From Candidatus Latescibacterota bacterium (GTDB lineage Bacteria > Latescibacterota > UBA2968 > UBA8231): a stretch of 64,000 nt of DNA. This document shows, piece by piece, positions 27,635 to 36,765 of the stretch; the first letter of the stretch is position 1; each line of letters starts with the position of its first letter. The position numbers and the translations under genes are program-made. The notes below the pieces were generated by a model, which ran no database searches, was not told where the DNA came from, and worked only from the letters and a program-made list of their open reading frames with translations. The DNA lies in NCBI GenBank assembly GCA_965221775.1, contig CBDCSU010000006.1, positions 608,001 to 672,000 of the forward strand. Direction: 5' to 3'.

Positions 27635-30580
27635 TCAACCGGGGATCCTGCTCCGGAGGGCTTCGAGCTTGTCCCCGTCGATCGACTCCCCGGCCCGGCG
27701 CAGCAGCTCCCGCGCCTTTTCGTAGCGCTTCTGGTCGACCAGGTACTCGACGTAGACCCGCCAGGCGGTGAAGTGGTGGGGGTTGGCCTCCAGGGCCCGG
27801 TCGAGCATCTCCGTCCCCTCGGCCACGCCGCTGGAGAGGGCCATGGCCCCCATGTTCGTCAGCGCTTCGAAATCGTCGGGATTGAGCTGCACCGCCCGTA
27901 CGTAGTGCCGCCACGCCCTCTTTTTGTCGCCGCTGTTCGACAGGGCCCAGCCGAGCATGCGGTGGGCGGAGACTCTGTCGGGCTCGACGGCGAGGACCGC
28001 CTCGAAGACGGGAACCGCCTCGGCGAACCGCTTCGCCTTGATCAGGCGCAAGGCCGCTTTCTCCCGCTCCTCGTTGCCGTCGAGGGCGCGCTTCCTCGCA
28101 TCGGCCATGGCCGAGAGTTCGGCAAGCCTCGAGGCCAACGACTCATCCTCCGCGAACATCTCCTGCCAGGCCGGTATGACATACCACAGAACCGGGTGCC
28201 GGGTGGCGATGCTCCGGCCGACGCCGAGGAGGATCTGCCGGAGTTCCATCTCGGGGAACAGGTGTTCGAGCATGAGCAGGTAATCGGTGCCCGTAGTGGA
28301 CACGACGCTCTCCTGCGTCCCCCGGTACATCTCGATGGGCGCCCGGTACTCCAGCCACAGGTTGTCGTCCGTGTTGCGGATGGTCGAGCTGAAGGCGTCC
28401 TCGTTCTGCGGGAACCGCAGGAAGGCGGTGGTGAAGAGGTCGAAGGGCGTCTCGATCCGGATGCGCCGCAGGGAGCCGCGCACCGCCGGCAGGGAGAAGC
28501 GCTCCGCGTAACGCCGCGCCGAGCCCTCGATGGGCGAGTGGGAAGCGACGCAGATGAGGTCGTCGTTGACCTTGAAGACCGCCACGTAGGGGAACTCCGA
28601 GGCCAGGGTGTGGAGCACGACGCCCACCGTCTCGGCGGAGGTCTCGTACGCCTGCATCCACTGACAGAAGAGGCCGCCCGGCTTGAGGCGCGAGGTCGCG
28701 GCCCGGTAGTACTCGGACGTGAAGAGGGAGCTGATGCCCGCGATCCACGGGTTGGAAGGCTGGGAGAGGATGACGTCGTACGTCTTGCGTTGGTGGCGGA
28801 GGAAGTTGCGGCCGTCCTCCGTGTAGAGTCTCACCCGGTCGTCTTCGAAAATGTCGTGGTTGACCGAGTCGAAATACTCGGAAGCGTCGAGGACCGCCTG
28901 CTCGATCTCGACCACGTCGACGGCGGTCACATCCGGGTGGGTCGCCGTGGCGTAGACCGTGGCGCCGCTGCCGTAGCCGATGATGCAGACCTCCTCCGGC
29001 CGCGGATGGAGGAACATGGGCAGGTGCCCTAGCAGGTACTGGGAGTCCATGTCCCCGCCGGTGGAGGCATCCGCCTTGCCGTTGACCTTGAGGACGGTGG
29101 AGTTGGGGGTGCGGAAGACGGTGACCGTGGCGTTGGTCCCCTCCCGCGCGAAGAGCAGGAAGCTCCCCGTCGCCGCGCGCTCCTCGCCGGCCTGGAGCCT
29201 GCGGAAGACGCCCCGCTGAAGGTTCTCGATGTCGGTCCGGGGCAGGGTGAAGGCGAAGGCGGCGACCATGGCGGCGAAGACGCCCGCCCAGGCGAGCCGC
29301 TGCCGTTGCGAGCCGGCGCGGTCGAGCAGGAAGAGGACGACGGTGACCACCATGCCCAGGACCGCCCCGAGGCGGATCACCTCCGTCGCGCCGAGCCACG
29401 GCAGCAGGACGAAGCCCGCGAGCACCGAGCCGGCGATGGCCCCCGTGGTGTTGGCGGCGTACATGCCCCCCACCGCCCAGCCCCTCGATCCCACCTCGTT
29501 CCGCCAGGCGGCGATGCCCAGGGGCAGGGCGGCCCCCATGGCGCAGGCGGGGACGAGGACGATGGAGGCCGCCAGGGCGCCCTGGGAGAGGAAGAGGAGC
29601 CAAGTGCGGTCGCCCGTGCCCTGGGCCATGGCGGTGAACATCGCCGGCAGCTCGTTCACCGCGAAGAGCCCCGCCAGGGCCGAGCACGAGCCGACCCCCA
29701 CGGTGACGGCCACCGCCCGCCAGCAGGAGGACTCCCGGAAGGAGGGGACGGCGGCCAGCAGGGAACCGACGCCGATGCCGAGGAGGACCGTCGTGAGGAT
29801 GATGGTGAAGGCGTAGACCGAGGAGCCCACCACCGGGATGAGCAGGCGCGTCCAGGCGATCTGGTAGAACAGCCCCAGGCATCCGGCCACGGCCACCGCG
29901 CCCAGCAGCAGGCGGGGGGTCCCGGCCGCCCCGGCGACCGGCCCGGGATCCCCCTCGGCGGCCTCCCGGGGGCCCATGCGCAGATCGAGGAGGTAGCCCC
30001 CGGCCGCCACCAGGACGCCTGCGGCCACGGCGACCCACACTGTGTCGGAGATCCCGAGGAGGGGCATCAGGATCATCCCCGCCACGAGGGTGCCCACCGC
30101 CGCTCCGAGGGTGTTGATCCCGTAGAGCAGGGCCACGCTGCGGCGGAAGGCCGCCTCCTCCGTGACCGCCACGATGAGCAGGGGCAGGGAGGCGCCCATG
30201 AGGAAGGTCGGCACCGCCATCATGGCGAAGGAGAGGAGGAACTGCAGCAGCAGGTAGAGGGCGAAGTAGCCGTCGGTGAGGCCGTAGAGCGGATCGAGGA
30301 TGCCCGCCATGTTGCGCATGAGGGGCACCGAGACGACGCCGTAGAGGGCGATGCCCAGCTCCAGGAGGGCGTACGCCCGCAGGGGCCTGCGGATGCGGTC
30401 GGCGCGGCGCCCGGCCCAGGCGCCCCCCGCACCCAGACCCGCCATGAAGCTGGCCACCACCGTCGAGATCGACCACGCGGCGCTGCCGAACTGCAGGGTG
30501 AGGAGCTTCACCCACACCACCTCGTACGCCAGGGCGGCGGCGCCGGAAAGGAAGAACAGGCAGGCAGCGAGAAAGACCAT
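27635..30580 (-). CDS. Membrane-fused spermidine synthase-like protein with TPR tail
   Basis: SGAAALAYEVVW TM repeats, IIGYGSG.T, VVEIE, EDGR, SQPSNPW, C-terminal TPRs. Confidence 0.85.
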   Translation of the reverse strand: MVFLAACLFFLSGAAALAYEVVWVKLLTLQFGSAAWSISTVVASFMAGLGAGGAWAGRRADRIRRPLRAYALLELGIALYGVVSVPLMRNMAGILDPLYGLTDGYFALYLLLQFLLSFAMMAVPTFLMGASLPLLIVAVTEEAAFRRSVALLYGINTLGAAVGTLVAGMILMPLLGISDTVWVAVAAGVLVAAGGYLLDLRMGPREAAEGDPGPVAGAAGTPRLLLGAVAVAGCLGLFYQIAWTRLLIPVVGSSVYAFTIILTTVLLGIGVGSLLAAVPSFRESSCWRAVAVTVGVGSCSALAGLFAVNELPAMFTAMAQGTGDRTWLLFLSQGALAASIVLVPACAMGAALPLGIAAWRNEVGSRGWAVGGMYAANTTGAIAGSVLAGFVLLPWLGATEVIRLGAVLGMVVTVVLFLLDRAGSQRQRLAWAGVFAAMVAAFAFTLPRTDIENLQRGVFRRLQAGEERAATGSFLLFAREGTNATVTVFRTPNSTVLKVNGKADASTGGDMDSQYLLGHLPMFLHPRPEEVCIIGYGSGATVYATATHPDVTAVDVVEIEQAVLDASEYFDSVNHDIFEDDRVRLYTEDGRNFLRHQRKTYDVILSQPSNPWIAGISSLFTSEYYRAATSRLKPGGLFCQWMQAYETSAETVGVVLHTLASEFPYVAVFKVNDDLICVASHSPIEGSARRYAERFSLPAVRGSLRRIRIETPFDLFTTAFLRFPQNEDAFSSTIRNTDDNLWLEYRAPIEMYRGTQESVVSTTGTDYLLMLEHLFPEMELRQILLGVGRSIATRHPVLWYVIPAWQEMFAEDESLASRLAELSAMADARKRALDGNEEREKAALRLIKAKRFAEAVPVFEAVLAVEPDRVSAHRMLGWALSNSGDKKRAWRHYVRAVQLNPDDFEALTNMGAMALSSGVAEGTEMLDRALEANPHHFTAWRVYVEYLVDQKRYEKARELLRRAGESIDGDKLEALRSRIPG

Positions 30581-30647
30581 TGTATTCAGCGCGTCAGGGG
30601 GCGCAGAACGTCGCCCCGGGGGCCCGGAACCGCAAGAGGAGAGCCAC

Positions 30648-32156
30648 ATGCCCGATCTGAACCTGTACTGGGGAGAGTTGCACAACCACAACGAGCTGGG
30701 CTACGCCCAGGGCACTCTCGAACGCAGCTACGAGATCGCCCGTTCCCACCTCGACTTCTACGCCTTCACGCCCCACGGGCTGCACGCCGACGGCGGCGTG
30801 CCCGACGGCTACCCGGTGGTCGTCGCCAACTGGGAGCGGATCCGCCGCGCCTCCCGCGACAACGACCGCCCGGGCGAGTTCACCTGCTTCCCCGCCTACG
30901 AGTGGCACTCCTCGGCCTGGGGCCACCTGCACGTGATCAGCGCCGGCGACATGGAGTCCATGTACTGCGCGCGCAGTCTCGCCGACCTGCAGGACCACTT
31001 CCGCGGCGGCCAGGCCATCCTCGTCCCCCATCACACGGCGTACGCGCGCGGCGTCGACTGGGACGGCTTCGACGAGGACCTGTCGCCGCTGGTGGAGATC
31101 TTCTCCGAGCACGGATCGTCGGAGCGCGACGGCGGCCTCCACCCCATGCTGGGGCACAGCGGCGGCCCCGCCGGGTACGAGTTCACCGTGCAGCACGGGC
31201 TGGCCCTCGGCAAGCGCTTCGGCTTCACCGCCGGCACCGACAACCACGACGGCCATCCCGGGGGCTACGGCCTGGGGCTGACCGGGATCTGGGCCCGTGA
31301 GAACAGCCGCGCCGCCCTCTTCGACGCCTTGCGGAAACGGCGGACCACGGCCGTCACCGGCGACCGCATCGAGGTGAGCCTCCGCGCCGGCGACGCCTGG
31401 ATGGGCGAGGTCGTGAGCGGTTCCGCCGAGCGCCGGCTCGACTACCGAGTCGAGGGCTGGGACACGCTCCGTAGCGTGGAAGTAGTGCGCGACAACATGC
31501 CGGCGCACTTGCAGACGGCCGACCACGGAGCGCCGCGGACCACCGGACCGCAGCCGTACCGCCTGCGCTTCGAGTGGGGCTGGGGGCCGATGAAGGGATA
31601 CCAGGTCTACGACTGGCAGGGCCGGCTGCGGGTCGAGGGAGGACGGCTGTCGCAGGTCGTGCCCTGCTTCAGCTCCGACCCCTTCGACGAGGTCCGCCGC
31701 AAGCGCGTCCTCGAGCGCGACCAGGCGGGCTGCGCCTGGCGGTCCCACACCTCCCGGGGAGCCGTCTTCACCACCCGCAACGGCTCCACCGCGCAGAGCG
31801 CCAACGACGCCCTCTGCGTGGAGGTGCAGGGAACGGAAGAGACGCGGGTCCACCTCGACTTCGACTGCCGCACCGGCAAGAGCCTGCTGGCCACGGCCAC
31901 CGACTTCACCCTCACCGGCAAGCTCGGCGGGTCCAGGGCCAGCTTCACCATCGGCGAGCTGCTGCAGGGGCGCCGGGGCTGGCGCGTCGACGGGCTGCCC
32001 ACCTGGATCGTCGCCCACCGGGCTCTGCCCCCGGCGCTCTACGCCCTCGAAGGCCACTTCATCGACCCGGGTAGGGACCCGTCCTGCTGCTACCTGCGCG
32101 TCACCCAGGACAACGGCCAGATGGCCTGGAGCAGCCCCGTCTGGTTCGAGGACTGA
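30648..32156 (+). CDS. PHP-like metallohydrolase (DUF3604-like)
   Basis: WGELHNH, PAYEW, VPHH, EIFSEHG, GTDNH, AWSSP. Confidence 0.75.
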   Translation: MPDLNLYWGELHNHNELGYAQGTLERSYEIARSHLDFYAFTPHGLHADGGVPDGYPVVVANWERIRRASRDNDRPGEFTCFPAYEWHSSAWGHLHVISAGDMESMYCARSLADLQDHFRGGQAILVPHHTAYARGVDWDGFDEDLSPLVEIFSEHGSSERDGGLHPMLGHSGGPAGYEFTVQHGLALGKRFGFTAGTDNHDGHPGGYGLGLTGIWARENSRAALFDALRKRRTTAVTGDRIEVSLRAGDAWMGEVVSGSAERRLDYRVEGWDTLRSVEVVRDNMPAHLQTADHGAPRTTGPQPYRLRFEWGWGPMKGYQVYDWQGRLRVEGGRLSQVVPCFSSDPFDEVRRKRVLERDQAGCAWRSHTSRGAVFTTRNGSTAQSANDALCVEVQGTEETRVHLDFDCRTGKSLLATATDFTLTGKLGGSRASFTIGELLQGRRGWRVDGLPTWIVAHRALPPALYALEGHFIDPGRDPSCCYLRVTQDNGQMAWSSPVWFED

Positions 32157-32180
32157 CGGGCCGGGCCTCCGCCGCCGCGT

Positions 32181-34694
32181 CTACAGCCCGAACCAGCGGT
32201 TGAGCTTGATCAGGAAGATGCTGTCGCCGTCGTCGGCGAAGGCGCGGGTCAGGTCGCCGGCGGGCCGGAACTCGGGGTCCGCCCCGTCGAAGTCGTGGTC
32301 CCGGCTCTGCTGCCACACGGCGAAGAGGGTGCTGCCGGGCCGGTACTCCCAGCGCAGCACCAGGTTGGACCGCAGGGCGCGGCGGTGGAAGTCGGGGTTG
32401 TCCTCGAGGCCGGCGTAGGGGCGGAACTCGTACGAGCGCGGGCGCGCCAGCTCCTTGATGGCGCCGTAGTCGCCGACGCTCACGAAGGGCTGCATGTAGA
32501 GCTGCAGGCTCAGGGCCGGCGTGAAGGCCCAGTCGCCGCGCAGGCCGATCTCGAGGACGCGGCTCTCCAGCTCGCCGAAGATGAAGCGGTCGTCCTCGCC
32601 GTCGCCGTCGTCGTCGGCGTTCTCCACCCACTGGGCGAAGTCGCGGTTGTAGCCGTATCCCGGCCCGATCTCCAGAGACAGCCGCGACAGGGGGCGCAGC
32701 TCGAGATTGAACCCCACCCACGATCCCAGGTTGTCGCCGCCCCGGCCCCACCTGAGGTTCGACCAGAGCCGGCCGCTCACCGGCTTGCGGTCGTCGGCCC
32801 ACACGTTCATGCCGATCCAGGTGCTCGCCGGCGAGAGCATCAGGGGGCCGCCCCGGGTGGCCAGGTCGTCGACGGCGTCGAGGTTGTGGCTGACGCCCAT
32901 CCAGAACCCCCAGTAGTTGTGCAGGTTGTTCCAGGAATTGAAGTTGACGCCCCGCGCCAGACGCTCGCCGGCGAAGTTCCAGTGGTTCCAGAAGTTGAGG
33001 TTGAACCCGGACCTGCGGGCCAGCCACCAGGGATCGAGCTTCTGGTGATAGACGTGGACGCCGGCCTGCACGCGGTCGTTGCGCCGCATGTAGCCCAGGT
33101 CGTTGGCCTCGAAGCCGGGCGACTGGGCGTCCATGTAGGCCTGACCGCCAAAGGCGCCTCCCGACTTCTGGAAGTAGAGGGCCCCCTCCCAGCCGCTGTC
33201 CCGCTCGTCCTCCTGCCCGGCGCGGCTGGCGGCGAAGCGGGTGTAGATCCGGTAGTCGTTGTCCCGCCACTTCACGTGCACGTCCCCGGCGCCGACGTAG
33301 GCCGGCTCGAAGCCGCGGCCGTTGACCGCGGTGAGCTGGGCGCCGGCGGTGGAGTTGGTGAGCAGGTCCTGCTGCACGCGGCCGATGAAGTAGTTGGTGA
33401 GGGGCTCGACCTCGACGCGGCGGCGCACGGTGTCGGCGAGGCCCGTCTCCGCGCCGGTGAGGCGCTGGTCGACGAGGGCCCGCTCGCGGCCGGTGACCGC
33501 GTTGAGGAGACCGAAGGCGGTGCGGCCGGCGGTCTTTCCCGAGATCTTGGCGGCGCCGAGGATGGTGGTGTTGTCGGGACGCTCGACCTCGTCGCTGTCG
33601 TCGGGCAGGTCGAAGCGGGAGGGAGACCGGCCGATTCGCCGCGAGTGGAACAGGGTGGAGGGCTTGCCGATGCCGACGATGAACGGCCCGGGCGACTCGA
33701 AGATCTGGTTGCCCTCGAGGAAGAAGGGCCGGCGCTCGCGGAGGAAGGTCTCGAAGACCCCCAGGTTGAGCACCGCCGGGTCTCCCTCGACCTGGCCGAA
33801 GTCCGGGTTGACGGTGGCGTTGACGGAGATGTTCGACGACAGGCCGTAGCGCAGGTCGACGCCGGCCGAGGAGAACAGGTCGTTGCCGCCGTCGCCCTGC
33901 GACAGGGTGCCGCGGCCCAGGGCGAAGGGCAGGACCTCGACGCTGCGCTGCGGCCGGATGCCCTCGATCCCCTCCAGGTGTCCGAAGCGCGAGGCGTAGC
34001 CGTTGACCCCCCGGGGCGTGAAGCTCCACGCCGCCCACTCGGCGCGGCGCGAGACCTTGCGGAAGACGTTGATCCCCCAAGTGTAGGTCTCCTTCTCGCC
34101 GAAGCGCAGGACGTGGTAGGGGATCTTCAGCTCCAGGCTCCAGCCGTCGGCGCGCATCGCCGTGGCCACCTCGGCGACACTGTCCCAGCCCTCGTCGTAC
34201 TCCTCGTCGTCGAAGAGGATCCCGTCGCTGATCCAGCCCGAAGGCCCCACGGTGAACCAGACCCCGGTCTGGTGGTCGTGGTGGGGGTCGAGGCTGACCT
34301 CGAAGAAGTCGCGCTCGCGCCACTCGTCGCGCCGCGCCAGCCGGGCGGTGACGCTGTCGGGATCGTCGTGGCAGACCCCGGCGATGTAGAGAGCGTCGTC
34401 GTCGTAGGCCACCTGGAAGGTGGTGCGCACCGACGCCGGCTCGCCGTTGTCCGGGTCGCTCTGGGTGAACCCCTCGTGCACCGGGGCGCGCAGCCAGATC
34501 TCCTCGTCGAGGACCCCGTCGAGGCGCGGCGGCGTCTCGGCGCGCAGGGCGCGGGCGGTCCGCTGCGGATGGGCCAGCCAGCGCTCCATGCGGGCGTCGC
34601 TGGTGTCGGCGTGAGAGGGCTGTTCGTCGGCGCCGGCGCCGGCCGCCCCTGCGAGGAGAAGCGCGGCGGCCAGGGCCGCAATCGATCGGTGCAT
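32181..34694 (-). CDS. DUF5916 / CBM9-like outer membrane protein
   Basis: Signal peptide, LDG.LDE..W, TVNPDFGQVE.D, ERRPFFLEG, SRRIG, NLVLRWEYRPGS. Confidence 0.85.
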   Translation of the reverse strand: MHRSIAALAAALLLAGAAGAGADEQPSHADTSDARMERWLAHPQRTARALRAETPPRLDGVLDEEIWLRAPVHEGFTQSDPDNGEPASVRTTFQVAYDDDALYIAGVCHDDPDSVTARLARRDEWRERDFFEVSLDPHHDHQTGVWFTVGPSGWISDGILFDDEEYDEGWDSVAEVATAMRADGWSLELKIPYHVLRFGEKETYTWGINVFRKVSRRAEWAAWSFTPRGVNGYASRFGHLEGIEGIRPQRSVEVLPFALGRGTLSQGDGGNDLFSSAGVDLRYGLSSNISVNATVNPDFGQVEGDPAVLNLGVFETFLRERRPFFLEGNQIFESPGPFIVGIGKPSTLFHSRRIGRSPSRFDLPDDSDEVERPDNTTILGAAKISGKTAGRTAFGLLNAVTGRERALVDQRLTGAETGLADTVRRRVEVEPLTNYFIGRVQQDLLTNSTAGAQLTAVNGRGFEPAYVGAGDVHVKWRDNDYRIYTRFAASRAGQEDERDSGWEGALYFQKSGGAFGGQAYMDAQSPGFEANDLGYMRRNDRVQAGVHVYHQKLDPWWLARRSGFNLNFWNHWNFAGERLARGVNFNSWNNLHNYWGFWMGVSHNLDAVDDLATRGGPLMLSPASTWIGMNVWADDRKPVSGRLWSNLRWGRGGDNLGSWVGFNLELRPLSRLSLEIGPGYGYNRDFAQWVENADDDGDGEDDRFIFGELESRVLEIGLRGDWAFTPALSLQLYMQPFVSVGDYGAIKELARPRSYEFRPYAGLEDNPDFHRRALRSNLVLRWEYRPGSTLFAVWQQSRDHDFDGADPEFRPAGDLTRAFADDGDSIFLIKLNRWFGL

Positions 34695-34814
34695 CGCCGT
34701 CCTGCGGGTTGATGATGTGGGTGTGGCGAGGGACGGATCGAAGCTGACCGGAGCCCTGAAACAGTGTCAACACATCCCGGGGCTGTTTTCATGCAAACGC
34801 TGGCAGAGTGCAGC

Positions 34815-35108
34815 CGGGAGAGTGGTTGGACCATGCGGTGACGCCGGAGCTCATGGCCGATGACGGGCGGGACCGCCCGGGGTGTTGCACTGGCCTGGGC
34901 GGTGATTGCGCGATGAACGGAAGAGACGCGGAGCCCTGAGGCTGTTGCGCTGAGGGGCTGCCGGTGCTGAGTCGCTGTGCCGCTGAGTCGCTGAGCGGCT
35001 TGACCGGACGTTAGGTTGTCAATCCCCTGAGACCGCGTTTCAGTGCGGGTCGATCCTGGGCTATGCGCCGTCGCCGGCGCAGTCGCGCTTGCTCCCCTGT
35101 CTCTCCCG
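34815..35108 (-). ncRNA. Putative structured ncRNA downstream of the DIP1984-family gene
   Basis: 8-bp closing helix CGGGAGAG/CUCUCCCG, GNRA-capped hairpin UGCGCCG-GCGA-CGGCGCA, ACGCGG/CCGCGU helix enclosing a microrepeat. No credible ORF. Confidence 0.5.
34936..34998 (-). repeat. Eight degenerate 6-9 nt units ending in CAG
   Basis: Minus strand: ccgctcag cgactcag cggcacag cgactcag caccggcag cccctcag cgcaacag cctcag. Confidence 0.75.
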
Positions 35109-35120
35109 TCCGCGCCGTCC

Positions 35121-35654
35121 CTACCGCTCGTCTGCGTACTCCACCTCGACCTCGAAGGAGGCGGCGCGCAGCCGCCGGTTGAGCCGGCGGAACTCGACCC
35201 GCGCCTCGTCCAGGCGGACGCGGCAGTCCTCGTAGGGCAGCTCGTTCTCCTCGACGATGTCCCGCTCCTCCTTGTGGAAGATGCGCTCGTACGCCGAGTC
35301 CACGACCTGCGTGTGCAGCTCCCCCAGGCGCTCGTTGAGCGCTTTGCGCGTCTCCAGCGCCTCGGTGAGGCTCAGGTCATCGCCCTCGTGCTCAAGACGG
35401 TGCTCGAAATTGGCCCGCTGGATCGCCGCGTTCAGCTTGCGCCGCTTGTACTCCAGGGCGCGCAGCTGCTCCCGGGCCTTGGAGACGCTGAAACCGGGAG
35501 CCGGCCGGCGCGAGGAGTCGCTGTCCCGGGAGAACAGGCCGCGGTTCTGGCGCGACTCGGGCAGGCAGTCCCGAAGGGTCTTGATGCGGGCATCGTACTC
35601 GCCGCGCAGTTCCAGGGCTTCGTAGAGCCGGACGGTCTTTCGGGCTTCGGTCAT
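35121..35654 (-). CDS. DIP1984-like coiled-coil protein
   Basis: RLYEALELR.E, L.AAIQRAN, SLTEAL..RK.L. Internal duplication of the (L/M)xLxEAL motif; GGAGG RBS. Confidence 0.65.
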   Translation of the reverse strand: MTEARKTVRLYEALELRGEYDARIKTLRDCLPESRQNRGLFSRDSDSSRRPAPGFSVSKAREQLRALEYKRRKLNAAIQRANFEHRLEHEGDDLSLTEALETRKALNERLGELHTQVVDSAYERIFHKEERDIVEENELPYEDCRVRLDEARVEFRRLNRRLRAASFEVEVEYADER

Positions 35655-35736
35655 CCCTCGCCTCCTTCCTCTGCGTCAGCGGGAGGAGTCGAAGGTCGAG
35701 GGGGGTCAGAACAGTGGCAAGGGGGGTGGGGAAGGG

Positions 35737-36113
35737 CTATCCAGGGTGAGGTATGCCACCCCCGGAGCATTCCCCCAACCACTCCTGGATCGTCGTCTTG
35801 ATCCACTCCCACTCGGCGTCTTCCAACATGCGAGACATCGGTTCCTCGTCGGCGTCGTCGAAGAAGCTGAGGTTCTGGCGATGGCGCACAGCTTCATGGC
35901 CGACAGGTCGGCCAAGGATGCTACCGGGCTGGGTCCCTCGGGCCAGTCTTCGAACGGACCAAGAAAGTCGAGATCGACGGAGAGCCGGTGGCCGAGGTGA
36001 AGGGCCACGGCAGTGCCGCCTGCCAGGTAGAACCCCTCCTCGGACAGTGGCGGCCCCAGTTGTCCGAGGACCTCCCTTTGTGCGGGAGACAGGCATTCAG
36101 GGTGCCAGTTCAA
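35737..36113 (-). pseudogene. AbiEii-like nucleotidyltransferase toxin, internally deleted and frameshifted
   Basis: FYLAGGTAVALHLGHRLSVDLDF jumps almost directly to DLSAMKL.AI. The C-terminal LSFFDDA..EPM is in another frame. Confidence 0.7.
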
Positions 36114-36481
36114 GCCCGCGTCCTCCGCCCCCAGACCCCCGCCCGCGCCGCCCGCACCCACTCCTCCACCTGGTCCGCCGGCAGATCGAGGATCAGCTCC
36201 CAGAACCGGATCCGCTTGGCGTCCAAGCCGCGGCACCGGCGCCGGATCAGCCACTGGCGCAACTGGTCCGGCTCGACCCGCTCGCGCAGCCAGGTCACCG
36301 AGTCCCAGTCGCCGGCGCCCAAGATGCGGGCGATGACGAAGTCGCGGTCGGCGGGCCAGGAGAGGTCCTCGAAGCGGTGGTCCCAGAACAGGTCCCGCAT
36401 CGACTCGGGCAGTCCCGCCTCCGGCTCCTGGTCCCGGCCGGCGGACGCAGGCGGTCCAGCGTGTGGGTCAGCCGTCCCCAC
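36110..36481 (-). CDS. DUF6922-like antitoxin partner
   Basis: LFWD....L.....RDFVIARIL..GDW....WL...FW pattern. Overlaps the toxin start. Confidence 0.7.
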   Translation of the reverse strand: MGTADPHAGPPASAGRDQEPEAGLPESMRDLFWDHRFEDLSWPADRDFVIARILGAGDWDSVTWLRERVEPDQLRQWLIRRRCRGLDAKRIRFWELILDLPADQVEEWVRAARAGVWGRRTRA

Positions 36482-36650
36482 TCCGCTCGGTGAGCGCGGC
36501 CGCCGCCGCCTTGCGGAGAAAGCCCACGGCCCCGGGGCTGGCGGCCAGGGCCCCGGCGACCTCGGCAGGCACTTTGCGGGAGAGCGCGAGGAGGGGCTCG
36601 GAGGGGACGGACAGGAACCGGCAGATGCGCTCGATGGTGACGGTCATTCT
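36468..36650 (-). pseudogene. C-terminal remnant of an HTH regulator
   Basis: TIERIC.FL...EPLLAL..KVP.....FLR with no N-terminal helices. Confidence 0.35.
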
Positions 36651-36765
36651 CTTAATGGCGAGGTGTGTTGAGTTGTAAGTCAACTCCACGCCTGGACTAG
36701 GCAGAATTGCCCAGGGAGGGACGCCCACCAAGACGCCCCCGCCAAGACGTCACCCCGGCCCGCCG

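Noticed and set aside
34936-34998. Short repeats as a CRISPR array
   Set aside because: Units are 6-9 nt with no spacers, and there are no cas genes.
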